This document shows, piece by piece, positions 1 to 9,750 of a DNA stretch of 62,328 nt. Numbering within the stretch: position 1 is the stretch's first letter; the number at the start of each line of letters is the position of its first letter. The position numbers were made by a program, and so were the translations under genes. The notes beneath the pieces were generated by a model that saw only the letters and a program-made list of their open reading frames with translations, was not told where the DNA came from and searched no databases. The stretch spans positions 1 to 62,328 of IMG/VR virus record IMGVR_UViG_3300028024_000186; one strand, given 5' to 3'. The stretch is from a virus (taxonomy: Duplodnaviria; Caudoviricetes).

Positions 1-963
1 GTGCATGTGAATGGTGTGCGGGATACAGGCACATTTCACACCAAGGCCGAAGCGCAGGCTTGGGCGGCGAAGCGTGAGACCGAGATCCGCTCGCTAGCAG
101 ATGGGCATGGTAGCAAGACGCACACAGTCGGAGATGTGCTCGACACTTACCAAAAAGATGTCAGCCCGAAGAAGCGCGGCAGCCGATGGGAAATCATCCG
201 GCTTGAACTGATTGGCCGAAAGGATATCGAGGGTAATCCATTCCGCGAAATCCGCCTCGCCGATCTCAAGCCCCACCACATCGCCGCATGGCGCGACGCG
301 CGCGAGCGCGAGGTATCCGGATCATCTGTATCTCGGGAGATGTCGCTGCTGTCGCACGCGTTCAAAGTTGCCCGCGAGGAATGGGGTTGGATCACGACTG
401 ACCCGATGAAGAATGTGACCAGACCGGCGGAAGGTCCGCCGCGTGAGCGCAGGATTTCCGACGCCGAGATCGCGGCCATTATCCAATCTCTTGGGTTCAT
501 CGAAGGGCAACCGGTGGCGCTGCCGATCCAAAGAGTGGCTGTGGCCTTCTTGTTTGCTATCGAGACGGCTATGCGGTCTGGCGAAATCCTGGGGTTGACC
601 AGTATGACCGTCGACAAGGAAAAGCAGGTCGCACACCTTCCCCTCACGAAGAACGGCGGTGCGCGCGACGTGCCGCTGTCAGTGCGCGCGGTCGAGTTGC
701 TCGGCATGTTGCCTACTGTCGAGCCCGGTAAGCCCCTCTTTGATCTTGCCGACTTCAGTCGTGACGTGCTGTTTCGAAAGGGTCGTGACAGATCAGGAAT
801 CAAGGATCTGACGTTCCATGACACGCGCCATGAGGCCATCACGCGGCTGGCAATGAAGCTCCAGCCGCTGGACCTGGCCCGAATGACCGGGCACACAAAT
901 CTCTCCGAACTGCTGACCTACTACAATGCCACCGCCTCCGATATTGCGAAGCGGCTGGGCTAG
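1..963 (+). CDS. int: Tyrosine recombinase (phage integrase); N-terminus probably cut by the window edge
   Basis: Catalytic residues R (TAMRSGE), K (TKNG), HxxR (HDTRH), H (GH) and Y (YYN). Confidence 0.95.
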   Translation: MHVNGVRDTGTFHTKAEAQAWAAKRETEIRSLADGHGSKTHTVGDVLDTYQKDVSPKKRGSRWEIIRLELIGRKDIEGNPFREIRLADLKPHHIAAWRDAREREVSGSSVSREMSLLSHAFKVAREEWGWITTDPMKNVTRPAEGPPRERRISDAEIAAIIQSLGFIEGQPVALPIQRVAVAFLFAIETAMRSGEILGLTSMTVDKEKQVAHLPLTKNGGARDVPLSVRAVELLGMLPTVEPGKPLFDLADFSRDVLFRKGRDRSGIKDLTFHDTRHEAITRLAMKLQPLDLARMTGHTNLSELLTYYNATASDIAKRLG

Positions 964-1259
964 ACTGCCTTGCGTGGGCGGCCAACTGTCTTCTCACGAT
1001 GTGATTCGGTCCATGCGATCACCTCGGAGGCTTTCCACCGCGGGTGCGCCGTTGCCTTGCTGCCAGCAGATACCGGAAGGCGGATAGGCGCCGGGAAACC
1101 CGGGAGGCAAACGATGCGCTCGCGCACTACTTGCGCCGGCCGCTGAAGGTACGCTGCGATCGCTTCGGTGCTCCACAACTGCACGTTGAATGGCACGCTC
1201 GGCTGTACACGCTCCGCGACGGCGGCAGCTAAACGCTCAATCAAATCAACTTCGCTCAT
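960..1259 (-). CDS. Excisionase/AlpA-like DNA-binding protein
   Basis: Small wHTH-like protein (GFPAPIRL..RWKASEVIAW, GRPRK tail), convergent with int at the end of the leftward operon. Confidence 0.75.
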   Translation of the reverse strand: MSEVDLIERLAAAVAERVQPSVPFNVQLWSTEAIAAYLQRPAQVVRERIVCLPGFPAPIRLPVSAGSKATAHPRWKASEVIAWTESHREKTVGRPRKAV

Positions 1260-1332
1260 TTTCCTCTCCGATCCGCCGTGCTTGGCGGAATGCTGCAGAC
1301 CCGGAGAACCCCAATTTCTGAATGCTTTGCGC

Positions 1333-1755
1333 CTACGCGATGGCGGCCTCGGTCTTTGCCGGGCTGGTTGCCATTGCTGCGATTTCAGGTGGCACGTCGA
1401 AGAAACCCAGTCGGCCAGTTAGCGGCACGAATGGCAGATCGCGCGCCCAGATCAGGCGGAAGCCCCAGCAGTCCGGCATGTGCCACGGCGAACCGCTGGC
1501 GCGCGTGCAGTCGGTGATGACGGCCGCACCAACGATGCCACCGCGCGCCAGCGCATCGAAGCGTGGGAAGATGATGAGCGGGTCGATGCCCTCGGCCATC
1601 TGCCGTGCTGCGTCGTATTCGGCTCGAGTCATGCCCTTGCTGGCGCGGATCAGCATCGGTCCGCGGTACGTGGTGCGCCACGTCCGATTCTCGATGTCCT
1701 TGTGGCCGTTGACGATGAGCCAGGCCCAAGGCTGACGGATGGAGATGGCTTTCAC
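1333..1755 (-). CDS. ASCH domain protein
   Basis: N-terminal SIRQPWAWLI..GHKDIENRTW..YRG signature; C-terminal GRLGFF. Confidence 0.9.
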   Translation of the reverse strand: MKAISIRQPWAWLIVNGHKDIENRTWRTTYRGPMLIRASKGMTRAEYDAARQMAEGIDPLIIFPRFDALARGGIVGAAVITDCTRASGSPWHMPDCWGFRLIWARDLPFVPLTGRLGFFDVPPEIAAMATSPAKTEAAIA

Positions 1756-2261
1756 GCTGCCATCTCCGGGAATCCATCGTGCTGCGCGCCGTCGAGCAGG
1801 CGGCCGGCGTACTTGCGCGCGCGGCTCCGAGATTGATTCAGTTCGATCATGGCCTCCCTCATCTCCCGCATCCGCGCGATAGGGTCGTAGTCAGGGCTGA
1901 ACCAGGGGAACGGATCTTCTTCTCGGGCAAATTGCGCGTGCTCCCATAGCTCCATGGCCAGCAGCGCATGTTCTTGCTTGAGAAGGAGGTAGGGGTAGAG
2001 GGCTTCGATCACCGCCATTGCGGCGGCGCCCTGTCGTTGCCATTGATACTGCGGCCGATGCTTCGGGTTCTTGGGCATATGGCAGGACACCGTGCCGCCC
2101 CACAGGGAGGCAGCGAGGTCCAGCGGTGCGCGTTGGGTGTTCCCGATGCCCACTTGCGGCGCGAAGTAGTCCTTGCCTGCACGCGTCGAATGCACGATGG
2201 TGACAAAGCCGTCGCCGTCGATCATGCCTGCGAGGTATGCCAGGGTGGTTGCTTCAGCCAT
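1752..2261 (-). CDS. Single-motif LAGLIDADG homing endonuclease-like protein
   Basis: LAYLAGMIDGDG at the N-terminus and LYPYLLLKQEHA motif; ATG overlaps the end of the upstream gene. Confidence 0.85.
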   Translation of the reverse strand: MAEATTLAYLAGMIDGDGFVTIVHSTRAGKDYFAPQVGIGNTQRAPLDLAASLWGGTVSCHMPKNPKHRPQYQWQRQGAAAMAVIEALYPYLLLKQEHALLAMELWEHAQFAREEDPFPWFSPDYDPIARMREMREAMIELNQSRSRARKYAGRLLDGAQHDGFPEMAA

Positions 2262-3129
2262 TTGGGAACTCCCGGATGCGTAGGTCTGTGGGAAGGTCTT
2301 CAAGGCTCCCGCGCTTGTCGCGCTCGCCACCCATCTGCTTCATGAGATACGGCACACCGGCAGCTGCGCACTGGTCGCGCAGGCTACGAGCCCAGTCGGG
2401 ATGCATCGGCCGCGCGCCGGGGCCGCTCTCGCCGCCGACGATCACCCACGACACTCCGCAATGGCGCTCGCACAGGATGTGCTCACCAGCGTTGTTCCGG
2501 CTGATCCCGTGCTTGTCAGTACGCTCGCAATACCCGATCCACTTGGCCAGATCCACCGGCCCCAGCAGCGGCTCCATGCTCAGGAAGCGCACGCGCGCCG
2601 GCGTGGCCAGCAGCTTCGGGATGTCGCGGTCGGCCTCGGCCTGGTTGACGACCGTGGCGCCGAGCCAGACGTTTGACAGGCCAGCATTGCCGGCCCACCC
2701 TTCGCGGCCGACGGTCAGCGCGCGCATTGTCTGCTCCAGCATCGGCCCTGCGTTGCCGATCCGCTTCGTCAGCAGCAGCCAGTCCAGGTTCGGCGTTTCC
2801 ATGATCAAACGGAAGAGGTCATAGCGCCATTGCACGCTGACAGCGTTGTCGAACACGTCGGCCAGGCTGGCGCAGAACACCCGCTGCCGGCGACCGTGCT
2901 GCGCGTAGAACACGCCGGCGGTGCGGTTCCATTGCAGCGGCTTGCGCCAGTTGGCGGGTGACGTGCGGCGCCGCGGCGCGCCCGGCCCCCAGTTCACTGC
3001 CGTGCCGCCGGCGAAGCGCGCGTTGCGCGTCTCGGCATAGCAGTGGTCGCAGCCGGGGCCGACCTTCTGGCAACCTTCCCAGGGATTGAAGGTGTGGTCG
3101 GTCCACTCGATTTTGCTGTTCTCGCTCAT
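2254..3129 (-). CDS. DUF5131 / phage Gp37Gp68 family protein (three-Cys, radical-SAM-like)
   Basis: SKIEWTDHTFNPWEGCQKVGPGCDHCYAE, LLTKR, FLSMEPLLG and WVIVGGESG motifs. Confidence 0.92.
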   Translation of the reverse strand: MSENSKIEWTDHTFNPWEGCQKVGPGCDHCYAETRNARFAGGTAVNWGPGAPRRRTSPANWRKPLQWNRTAGVFYAQHGRRQRVFCASLADVFDNAVSVQWRYDLFRLIMETPNLDWLLLTKRIGNAGPMLEQTMRALTVGREGWAGNAGLSNVWLGATVVNQAEADRDIPKLLATPARVRFLSMEPLLGPVDLAKWIGYCERTDKHGISRNNAGEHILCERHCGVSWVIVGGESGPGARPMHPDWARSLRDQCAAAGVPYLMKQMGGERDKRGSLEDLPTDLRIREFPNG

Positions 3130-4268
3130 GCGCTCTCCAATATCAGCCCAGGCTGCCGCGTGCGCTCGGCCTGCAGCGCGATGTACTCGGGGTTGATTTC
3201 GATGCCCAGCCAGCGCCGGCCGAGGCGTTGCGCGACGCTGGCCACCGTGCCCGAGCCCATGAACGGGTCGAGGACGATGTCGCCCGGCCGGCTGCCGGCG
3301 AGGATGCACGGCTCGACCAGCGCTTCCGGGAAGGTGGCGAAGTGCGCGCCTTTGTACGGCTTCGTCGCGATAGTCCACACACTGCGCCGATTGCGCATCT
3401 CGGTGATGGCGCGGAAGGCCTCGCGGCCCGGTAATGCATTCGTCTTGCCATCGAAGCCCCCACGCTTCACGCTCTCGCGCACCTTCGCCGCATAGGCTTG
3501 GAGGCCCGCCTTAGTACGGTGCCGATCATCGCCAGCCTCATAGGCGGCTTGCCCCTTGGCGGGGTTCACATTTCCCGGCACCCGAACGCGCGGCTTGGGA
3601 TCTTCGTCATAGCCATGGCCGAAGCCGACGCCTGTGGGCGTTGGACCGTACGTGGCAGGCTCCTTGATCGCGTCCGCATCAAAGTAATAGCGCTCGCTGC
3701 GCGCCATCAGGAAAAGCGACTCGTGCGCCTTCGTGCAACGGTCCTGCACGCTCTCCGGCATGGGATTTGGCTTGTGCCAGATAATCTCCTGCCTCAGCCA
3801 CCAGCCGGCGTCCTGCAACGCGAACGCTAGGCGCCACGGCTGGCCCACCAGATCTTTCGGCTTCAGTCCCTCGACGCGCACGTCGCTGCGCGGGATTGGC
3901 GCGTCGTCTCGCCGGCGGCTTGCGGTCATGCCCCTGATCTTCGGTCCGCCACCGCGATGGCCATTGCCGGCCAGCGTGGAGGCCTCCGACGGCGCACCAC
4001 CACCGCGGCTGCCCGCGTAGCTGTCGCCCATGTTCAACCAGAGCGTGCCATCGTCCGCCAGCAACTCGCGGCACAGGTCGAACACCTCGACCATGTTGGC
4101 CAGGAATTCGCGCAGCGTCGGCTCTTGGCCGAGCTGGCCGGGATGGCCGTAGTCGCGCAGGCCCCAGTACGGCGGGCTGGTGACGATGCACTGCACGCGC
4201 ACGCCGGCGGCGATCAGCTTCCGCATGACGTCGCGGCAGTCGCCTTGGTAGCAGTGGTTGGTCAGCAT
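3126..4268 (-). CDS. DNA amino-methyltransferase, beta class (probably N4-cytosine)
   Basis: TSPPY catalytic motif precedes the DPFMGSGT SAM-binding motif; HFATFP. Confidence 0.93.
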   Translation of the reverse strand: MLTNHCYQGDCRDVMRKLIAAGVRVQCIVTSPPYWGLRDYGHPGQLGQEPTLREFLANMVEVFDLCRELLADDGTLWLNMGDSYAGSRGGGAPSEASTLAGNGHRGGGPKIRGMTASRRRDDAPIPRSDVRVEGLKPKDLVGQPWRLAFALQDAGWWLRQEIIWHKPNPMPESVQDRCTKAHESLFLMARSERYYFDADAIKEPATYGPTPTGVGFGHGYDEDPKPRVRVPGNVNPAKGQAAYEAGDDRHRTKAGLQAYAAKVRESVKRGGFDGKTNALPGREAFRAITEMRNRRSVWTIATKPYKGAHFATFPEALVEPCILAGSRPGDIVLDPFMGSGTVASVAQRLGRRWLGIEINPEYIALQAERTRQPGLILESA

Positions 4269-6061
4269 GCTGGCTCCGTCTGCTGAGCCACGGACAGCGC
4301 CACCGCCACCGGCCGCACCCACACCGGCGTGGCTGACAGCATGAACGTCTCGCCAGCCTCAGCCAGCAGCAGGGTGGTGCCCATCACCTCGGCGATGGCC
4401 TGCGCCGCGTCCGGCGGCACAGCATTGCCGATGCGCTCCCGCCAAGCCTGGTCGCTCAGGCCGTCCAGCTCGAGATATTCCTCGGGCTCGATCAGCGACT
4501 GCAGGGCGGCCAGCTCCAGCGTGGTAAAGGGGCGATGCCAGGTGCCGTCCAGCGCGCGGATGACTGCTACCAGCTTCTCGCCCAGCGCAGGCAGACGCGG
4601 ATCGGCAACCGACCACCGGCCGTTGTCGTGGCCGGCTGCGGCCGACACGGCACCACTGGACTGCTCCCAAGCAACCACGCCGTAGTGCCCGCCGGTCAGG
4701 TAATGGTCGCCGCGCTCGCGGCGCATGCCCGGGCGAGGGTCGGCCACGGCATACGCACCCTGGCCGGTATCGCTGCGCGCGATGACGGTTCCGGCCGCCT
4801 CGTGGAATCCGGTGATGCGGTACTTGCCCGCGCCCTCGAAGCCGGTGGACGCGCGCGGGTCTTGCACACACTGGCCGGTGCCATGCGCGCTGGTGACTGC
4901 GCCCGCGGCACCGCGCCACTGGACGATGCGGAACTCGTTGTTGTGCTTCGGCGTGCCCTGGTGGCGAGGGTCGGCGAGGGTGTAGTAGCCCTGGCCGGGC
5001 GCCTGCTGGCCAGCAATCGCACCCGCAGTGTCGCCGTAGCGCAGTACGCCATAGGCTTGGCCATCCTTCCATTTCGCGCTTTGGTTGAAACGCACATCGG
5101 CCACCGAGAAGGCACCGTTGCCCGGGAGGGACTCGCCCGCGATCGCGCCGGCGTGCTGCTCCCAACCGTGCACGCCCAGGTAGCCGTTTCTGCGCTCCGG
5201 GACAATGAGGTAGTCGCGCAGGTGTCCGTCTTCCACCGCCAGCTTGCTCAGGCTGCGCCAGTCGCTGCCGGCCTCCACAAAGGCCAGCCGTACCCATGTC
5301 TTCCACTGCAGGGCCGGCACGCGGTGCATTGGGCCGCCAGCCGGGTCGCCCGGCAGCGGCATGCGGCCCAGCACGGTGCCAACACCCTGCAGGCGCTTCA
5401 GCTCGGGCTCGTACAGGAATGCCGGCACCTTGGCCATCTGCCGCGCCACCAGCAGGAAGCGCTTGCGACTCTGCGCGAGGCCACCCAGCTCGCCGCAATC
5501 GTGCGTCGTCTCGTTCACTGCGTAGCCGTAGTGGCGCAGGATCTGTTTGATCTGGTCCAGCAGGTGGCGCCCGCGCGTGGCGAGCCGCGGCACGTTTTCG
5601 AACACGATCAACTCGACCGGGTCATCCTTCCAGGCCTCGCACATCAGCCACACGCAGCGCAGCGTCAGCTCGTTGAGCGCCTGGTACTTCGGCGTGCGGC
5701 TCAACGCCTCGGACAGCAGGCCGGAGGCGCCCTTGCACGGCGATGAGATGAACACACAGTTCGGCCGCTCGTTGCCGGCGGCGCGCCGGATGTCGGCGGC
5801 CGTGGCCTCGCGCCAGCTCGCCGGCGGCTCCTTGCCGTGGAACGCGGTGTACTGTTCGCGCGTGAACAGGTCCATCACCGTGCACGGCACGCCCACCAGC
5901 TTCTGGAAGTCGCGCGCGGCGGCCGGGTCCACGTCAATGCCGCCGATGCACTTCCAGGTGGCAATCATGTTGCCCACCTGTGAGGCGGCCTTCTTGAAGC
6001 CCTTGGCACCACCGCCGAGGCCGCAGCAGAAACCGAACGTCTTGTACTCGCGGCGGATCAT
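4262..6061 (-). CDS. C5-cytosine DNA methyltransferase
   Basis: FCCGLGG (motif I), SSPC (IV), ENV (VI), QSRKR (VIII), IGNAV (X); long variable region with ADPR-like repeats. Confidence 0.9.
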   Translation of the reverse strand: MIRREYKTFGFCCGLGGGAKGFKKAASQVGNMIATWKCIGGIDVDPAAARDFQKLVGVPCTVMDLFTREQYTAFHGKEPPASWREATAADIRRAAGNERPNCVFISSPCKGASGLLSEALSRTPKYQALNELTLRCVWLMCEAWKDDPVELIVFENVPRLATRGRHLLDQIKQILRHYGYAVNETTHDCGELGGLAQSRKRFLLVARQMAKVPAFLYEPELKRLQGVGTVLGRMPLPGDPAGGPMHRVPALQWKTWVRLAFVEAGSDWRSLSKLAVEDGHLRDYLIVPERRNGYLGVHGWEQHAGAIAGESLPGNGAFSVADVRFNQSAKWKDGQAYGVLRYGDTAGAIAGQQAPGQGYYTLADPRHQGTPKHNNEFRIVQWRGAAGAVTSAHGTGQCVQDPRASTGFEGAGKYRITGFHEAAGTVIARSDTGQGAYAVADPRPGMRRERGDHYLTGGHYGVVAWEQSSGAVSAAAGHDNGRWSVADPRLPALGEKLVAVIRALDGTWHRPFTTLELAALQSLIEPEEYLELDGLSDQAWRERIGNAVPPDAAQAIAEVMGTTLLLAEAGETFMLSATPVWVRPVAVALSVAQQTEPAC

Positions 6062-8397
6062 GCGCGGACTCCTTTGGCGATTGCGGCGTCGATGGCGGCG
6101 TCCAGGCGCTCGCCACTGGGGCAGTCCGTGCCCAGCCGGACCAGGGAGTGATGGCCCTGCACTACGAAGAGCGCCGATTCGTTCCAGTTGCGCTCTCGCA
6201 GCCACCGATACCGCTCCGCATAGCGCTTGTCCTCGCAGGGCTGCTCTGCCGCCAGGAGGGCACGCATTTGCCGCCACTCCATCTCCAGAACGGCACGCTC
6301 CGTAGGCATTCCATCTTGTGTGCGGTAACTCTGCTTTTCCCCTTCTTCAGTACGGGTTGCTCGTCCAACCATGGAGAGCACAGCAGCGGTAGACGTGAAG
6401 GGCGATCCTCCGTCCGAGTTCGGGGCGTCCGAGGTGGTAGGCGCGGCGTTCTGCGGCGACATATCGGAAGATGCATTCTGGCATTTCGGTTCCTCTTTGG
6501 TAATTGTCAGCGCCTTGGCGCTCGGTTGCGGGGCGGAAGGCTCTGCCGGCGCGGCGGATTGATGGCGTGCGGCTTGCCACATATCCCACATATTGCGCAC
6601 GGCTGGATGGTTGTATTCGCCTTGCAGCAATTCGTTCCATGCCATGCCGCCATGATGCGAGCCAAGCCATTCGCCACAGTCATCTTCGTAGCCGGCATAT
6701 GTGGCAGTCATGTGAGCCTCGAACGCTTCGCGCTCCCCCGCCTGCGCAGCGGGTGCCGGCGCGGAAGGCGATGCGGCGAGTATCGACTGAAGCGTTTCAG
6801 CGGTGCCGGGCAAGCCTTCGTCTCGGGCAAGGTCCATGACTTCGAGGATCGCTTCCCGTTGCCCCTCCGTCAGCGCGGCAGGCGATGCGTTCGGCGCAGG
6901 GGCGGCGCGGCTCTGCCATTTCGCTGCGTCTTCGAGTGCAGCGGAGACGTTCGCATAGCCCATGCCGATGGCCTTTTGCAGAACCTTTTCGTACAGATTG
7001 GCGGCATGAACAGTGCCCGGCGACACCGGCGCTGCCGGGGCATCCAGTGCCGCGCTTGCCGGAGGGGTGGGGGCCTTGTACTTCGGATTGCGCATCATGC
7101 CCTGCTCGATGTCGTGTGGGTCATCGATCCATTCCGGTTCCTGCGCGCTTGCCGGAGGCGTGGGAGCGGCGGCCGGCACGGCGATGCCTTCGCCCGCACC
7201 GATCTTCCGCACCTTCTCGCGCCACACGCCGATGGCTTCGGCGCTGGTGAACGTCGCCAGCAGGCGATCAGCCTCGCGCAGCACATGTAGGACTTCGGCG
7301 CAGTCCAGTGGCTCCGGGAAACCGGCCTCCTGGCGCACCTCGGCCACCAGCTTCTGCGCAAGGTCCGCCGACGCGGGAGCCTGGGGATCGATCGGCACCA
7401 GCCGCCACCCTTCCGGTACAGCCGGCGCCTGGGCAGCCTGCTTCAGCTCGGCATCCTTCATGCCAGCCTCGTAGCCTGCGATGAACCGGGGATGCCCCTT
7501 GTCCGTCACCGGGGTATCGGGTGCCTGGGCGCCTTCCAGGTATTGCAGGGCCTCGCGCATCGTGGACCGGCTGAACGCCGTATTGGTCACGTCAGCAGCG
7601 TGCTTGCGCAGGCGCTCCAGCAGGTGCTGCGGTGCCTGGGCGGCAACGGGGGCGCCCGATAGCGCGGCACGAGCGGCCCTGCGGGCATCGTCCAGCGCGC
7701 TCAATGCGTCCTGCTGACCGCCGTCGATCATCGACAGGTATTGCTCCTGCGTGCGCATGCTGCACAGCGCATCGCAGGCCGCCTCCAGGTCGCGTAGTGC
7801 CGTGATGACCGGCTGGGCGGCACCGGGGGCGGCGAGCAGCGCCACGAATTCCGGCTCAGACAGCAGCCCGGATATTGCGTCATAGATCAGGAAGCGTTCG
7901 CCATCGGTCGGCGTGTGGCTGCCCTCGTCGGCTCGCAGCTCGTAGTCCTCCAGGTAGTCCTTGATCGCCTTGTCGATGGCGGGCAAGTCGCGCTTCACCG
8001 GCTCCGCGCTCTCGGCCGGTTGGGCGGCAACGGGGGCGGCAACGGGGGGGGCGAGCACTTCGCGGGCGCGTTCAAGCGCCTTGTCGAACTCATACCAGTA
8101 GTCCAGACCAGCGGCGCGCGCCGTGACATCATCGAACACGCATTCTTCCGCCTCAGCGTCCAGCCTATTGCAGGCCGCGACCAGCAGGCGAAACGCGCCC
8201 TCTTGCGTCGGCTCCGCGCTCGCGGCCGGTGCCGGCTGCGCAGATGTGGCGCCAAGAAACCGACGCGCAGCCGCGATGCCGGCATTGGTACCATGTCCCA
8301 AGTGGACCTGGAGAGTAAATGCACGACATGCGTTAGCCACCTGCACATCCGTCAGCCCATGCGCCAACGATGCGGCTTGTTTCTGTTCTTCGCTCAT
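6058..8397 (-). CDS. Mosaic hypothetical protein: short modules joined by Ala/Pro-rich linkers
   Basis: 779-aa ORF with repeated APVAAQ/PTPPASA linkers and common phage motifs (VPEGWRLVP, AERYRWLR..LDAAIDAAI). Confidence 0.7.
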   Translation of the reverse strand: MSEEQKQAASLAHGLTDVQVANACRAFTLQVHLGHGTNAGIAAARRFLGATSAQPAPAASAEPTQEGAFRLLVAACNRLDAEAEECVFDDVTARAAGLDYWYEFDKALERAREVLAPPVAAPVAAQPAESAEPVKRDLPAIDKAIKDYLEDYELRADEGSHTPTDGERFLIYDAISGLLSEPEFVALLAAPGAAQPVITALRDLEAACDALCSMRTQEQYLSMIDGGQQDALSALDDARRAARAALSGAPVAAQAPQHLLERLRKHAADVTNTAFSRSTMREALQYLEGAQAPDTPVTDKGHPRFIAGYEAGMKDAELKQAAQAPAVPEGWRLVPIDPQAPASADLAQKLVAEVRQEAGFPEPLDCAEVLHVLREADRLLATFTSAEAIGVWREKVRKIGAGEGIAVPAAAPTPPASAQEPEWIDDPHDIEQGMMRNPKYKAPTPPASAALDAPAAPVSPGTVHAANLYEKVLQKAIGMGYANVSAALEDAAKWQSRAAPAPNASPAALTEGQREAILEVMDLARDEGLPGTAETLQSILAASPSAPAPAAQAGEREAFEAHMTATYAGYEDDCGEWLGSHHGGMAWNELLQGEYNHPAVRNMWDMWQAARHQSAAPAEPSAPQPSAKALTITKEEPKCQNASSDMSPQNAAPTTSDAPNSDGGSPFTSTAAVLSMVGRATRTEEGEKQSYRTQDGMPTERAVLEMEWRQMRALLAAEQPCEDKRYAERYRWLRERNWNESALFVVQGHHSLVRLGTDCPSGERLDAAIDAAIAKGVRA

Positions 8398-8398
8398 C

Positions 8399-8518
8399 TC
8401 AAGATTCCTCTTTCGTGCTGATCGCCTTGCAGATCAGCCTGTAGTACCCATAGGCCCCGACCAGAAATGCCACGATATGGGCGAGGGCGGTGACGACCAG
8501 CACGGCGCTGGCCGTCAT
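8399..8518 (-). CDS. Small membrane protein (39 aa, MTASAVLVVTALAHIVAFLVG...)
   Basis: Translated by hand; ATGA overlap with the exonuclease stop; fills the operon gap. Confidence 0.55.
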   Translation of the reverse strand: MTASAVLVVTALAHIVAFLVGAYGYYRLICKAISTKEES

Positions 8519-9138
8519 GCCACAGCGAGGGCCGCGATATGGCTCTTGATGCCGAAGTACACTGCCCGGCAGGCCGCCAGATCGACAGCGGCGTTGTGGG
8601 CGCCGAGCAGGTCATTGCCGGTGAAGTGCTTGTAGGCTTCGCCAAGATTCGGCGACTTGGGCATGCGACGGCCGGCTGCGGCCATCTTCTCGGAGGGAGG
8701 CAGGTTGATGATCTTCGTGCTGTTCTTCTGCGTGCAGAAGGCCACCCCGGCCTTCCACTCGTCCGCGAGCGCTTCCCCGTAGGCGTCCGAGCGCATCAGT
8801 TCGATGCGAATCATGCGCATGTCGAAGGGCTCGTTGTGGGCGACGCGGATGGTGGACTTCTTCCACATTTCGAGGAACAGGTCCAGCGCCTGACCGATGG
8901 GAACGCCGAAGCGCCCGGCCTTCTCGTTCGTGATTCCGGTCAGCGCTTCCAGTTCTTCGGGGATCGTCCAGCCCTCGGGCTTGATGATGAGGTCCATGAA
9001 GGCGAGGGTGGTGCCGGTGTCCTCGTCATGCAGCTCGGCTGCGAGTTGGGTGATGCGCGGCTGGCTGGGGTCTTCGCTGGGCAGGCCCCATTGAGGAATG
9101 CCAGTGGTTTCCGTGTCGTAAATGAGGATCGGGGTCAT
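8515..9138 (-). CDS. DEDDh 3'-5' exonuclease (DnaQ-like)
   Basis: YDTETTG, AHN..FD and HNAAVD motifs. Confidence 0.92.
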   Translation of the reverse strand: MTPILIYDTETTGIPQWGLPSEDPSQPRITQLAAELHDEDTGTTLAFMDLIIKPEGWTIPEELEALTGITNEKAGRFGVPIGQALDLFLEMWKKSTIRVAHNEPFDMRMIRIELMRSDAYGEALADEWKAGVAFCTQKNSTKIINLPPSEKMAAAGRRMPKSPNLGEAYKHFTGNDLLGAHNAAVDLAACRAVYFGIKSHIAALAVA

Positions 9139-9172
9139 GGAGTAGTCCTAGGTCGCGTAGTCGGGTGAGGGG

Positions 9173-9739
9173 TCAGAGCCACGCCGCTGCGGGATCGCGG
9201 CGGATCAGCTTTCCGGTCTTCTCTGCATAGCGCAGGCGCATGCGGGCATTTCGCGCGGCTAGAACCTCGGGAAATTCATCCTTGAGGCGCCGGTATTGGC
9301 GCTTGTAGATGACGGACTTGGGGGTGCGAGCAGGGCGGGGTGCATCCGCCTTCTTGCCCAACTTCCAGAGCGCCATCGGGCAGCCCACGCCATCGCTTTT
9401 CAGGTAGCCGGCGATATGCACGTCCACACCATGATGGTCCGCAAGTTGCTGCATGACGGCTCGCCGGGATGCTCCGGTAGCCGCCGCGAGTTCGGTGGCA
9501 CTGCGCATGCGCTTGTCAGCTAGAACATTCTTGATCGCCGTCCATGTGGGCGAGTAGCGATCCTTCTGGAAGTTGACTCGCGGCCCCAGGCCAAGCCATT
9601 TCCCGTGGAAAAATGCTGCGCGATGGGTGCGATTCGGGAGCAGGTGCATGATCTCTTTGAGCGAGCCCGTGGAGTGCCATGCATTGCGCAAGATCGCATC
9701 TTCTTCGGGCGTCCATGCCTGCCATTTTCTCGTGGTCAT
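9173..9739 (-). CDS. Hypothetical DNA-binding protein (Myb/HTH-like)
   Basis: WTPEEDAIL motif and an HTH-like segment (SATELAAATGASRRAV); GGAG RBS. Confidence 0.6.
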   Translation of the reverse strand: MTTRKWQAWTPEEDAILRNAWHSTGSLKEIMHLLPNRTHRAAFFHGKWLGLGPRVNFQKDRYSPTWTAIKNVLADKRMRSATELAAATGASRRAVMQQLADHHGVDVHIAGYLKSDGVGCPMALWKLGKKADAPRPARTPKSVIYKRQYRRLKDEFPEVLAARNARMRLRYAEKTGKLIRRDPAAAWL

Positions 9740-9750
9740 CGTCATCTCCA

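Noticed and set aside
1-963. Shufflon (Rci-like) invertase
   Set aside because: No invertible cassettes or repeated inversion sites seen; position and the tRNA att site fit a phage integrase
1752-2345. Group I intron or intein hosting the LAGLIDADG ORF
   Set aside because: No non-coding space for a ribozyme, no intein splice residues, and the host gene terminates before the endonuclease
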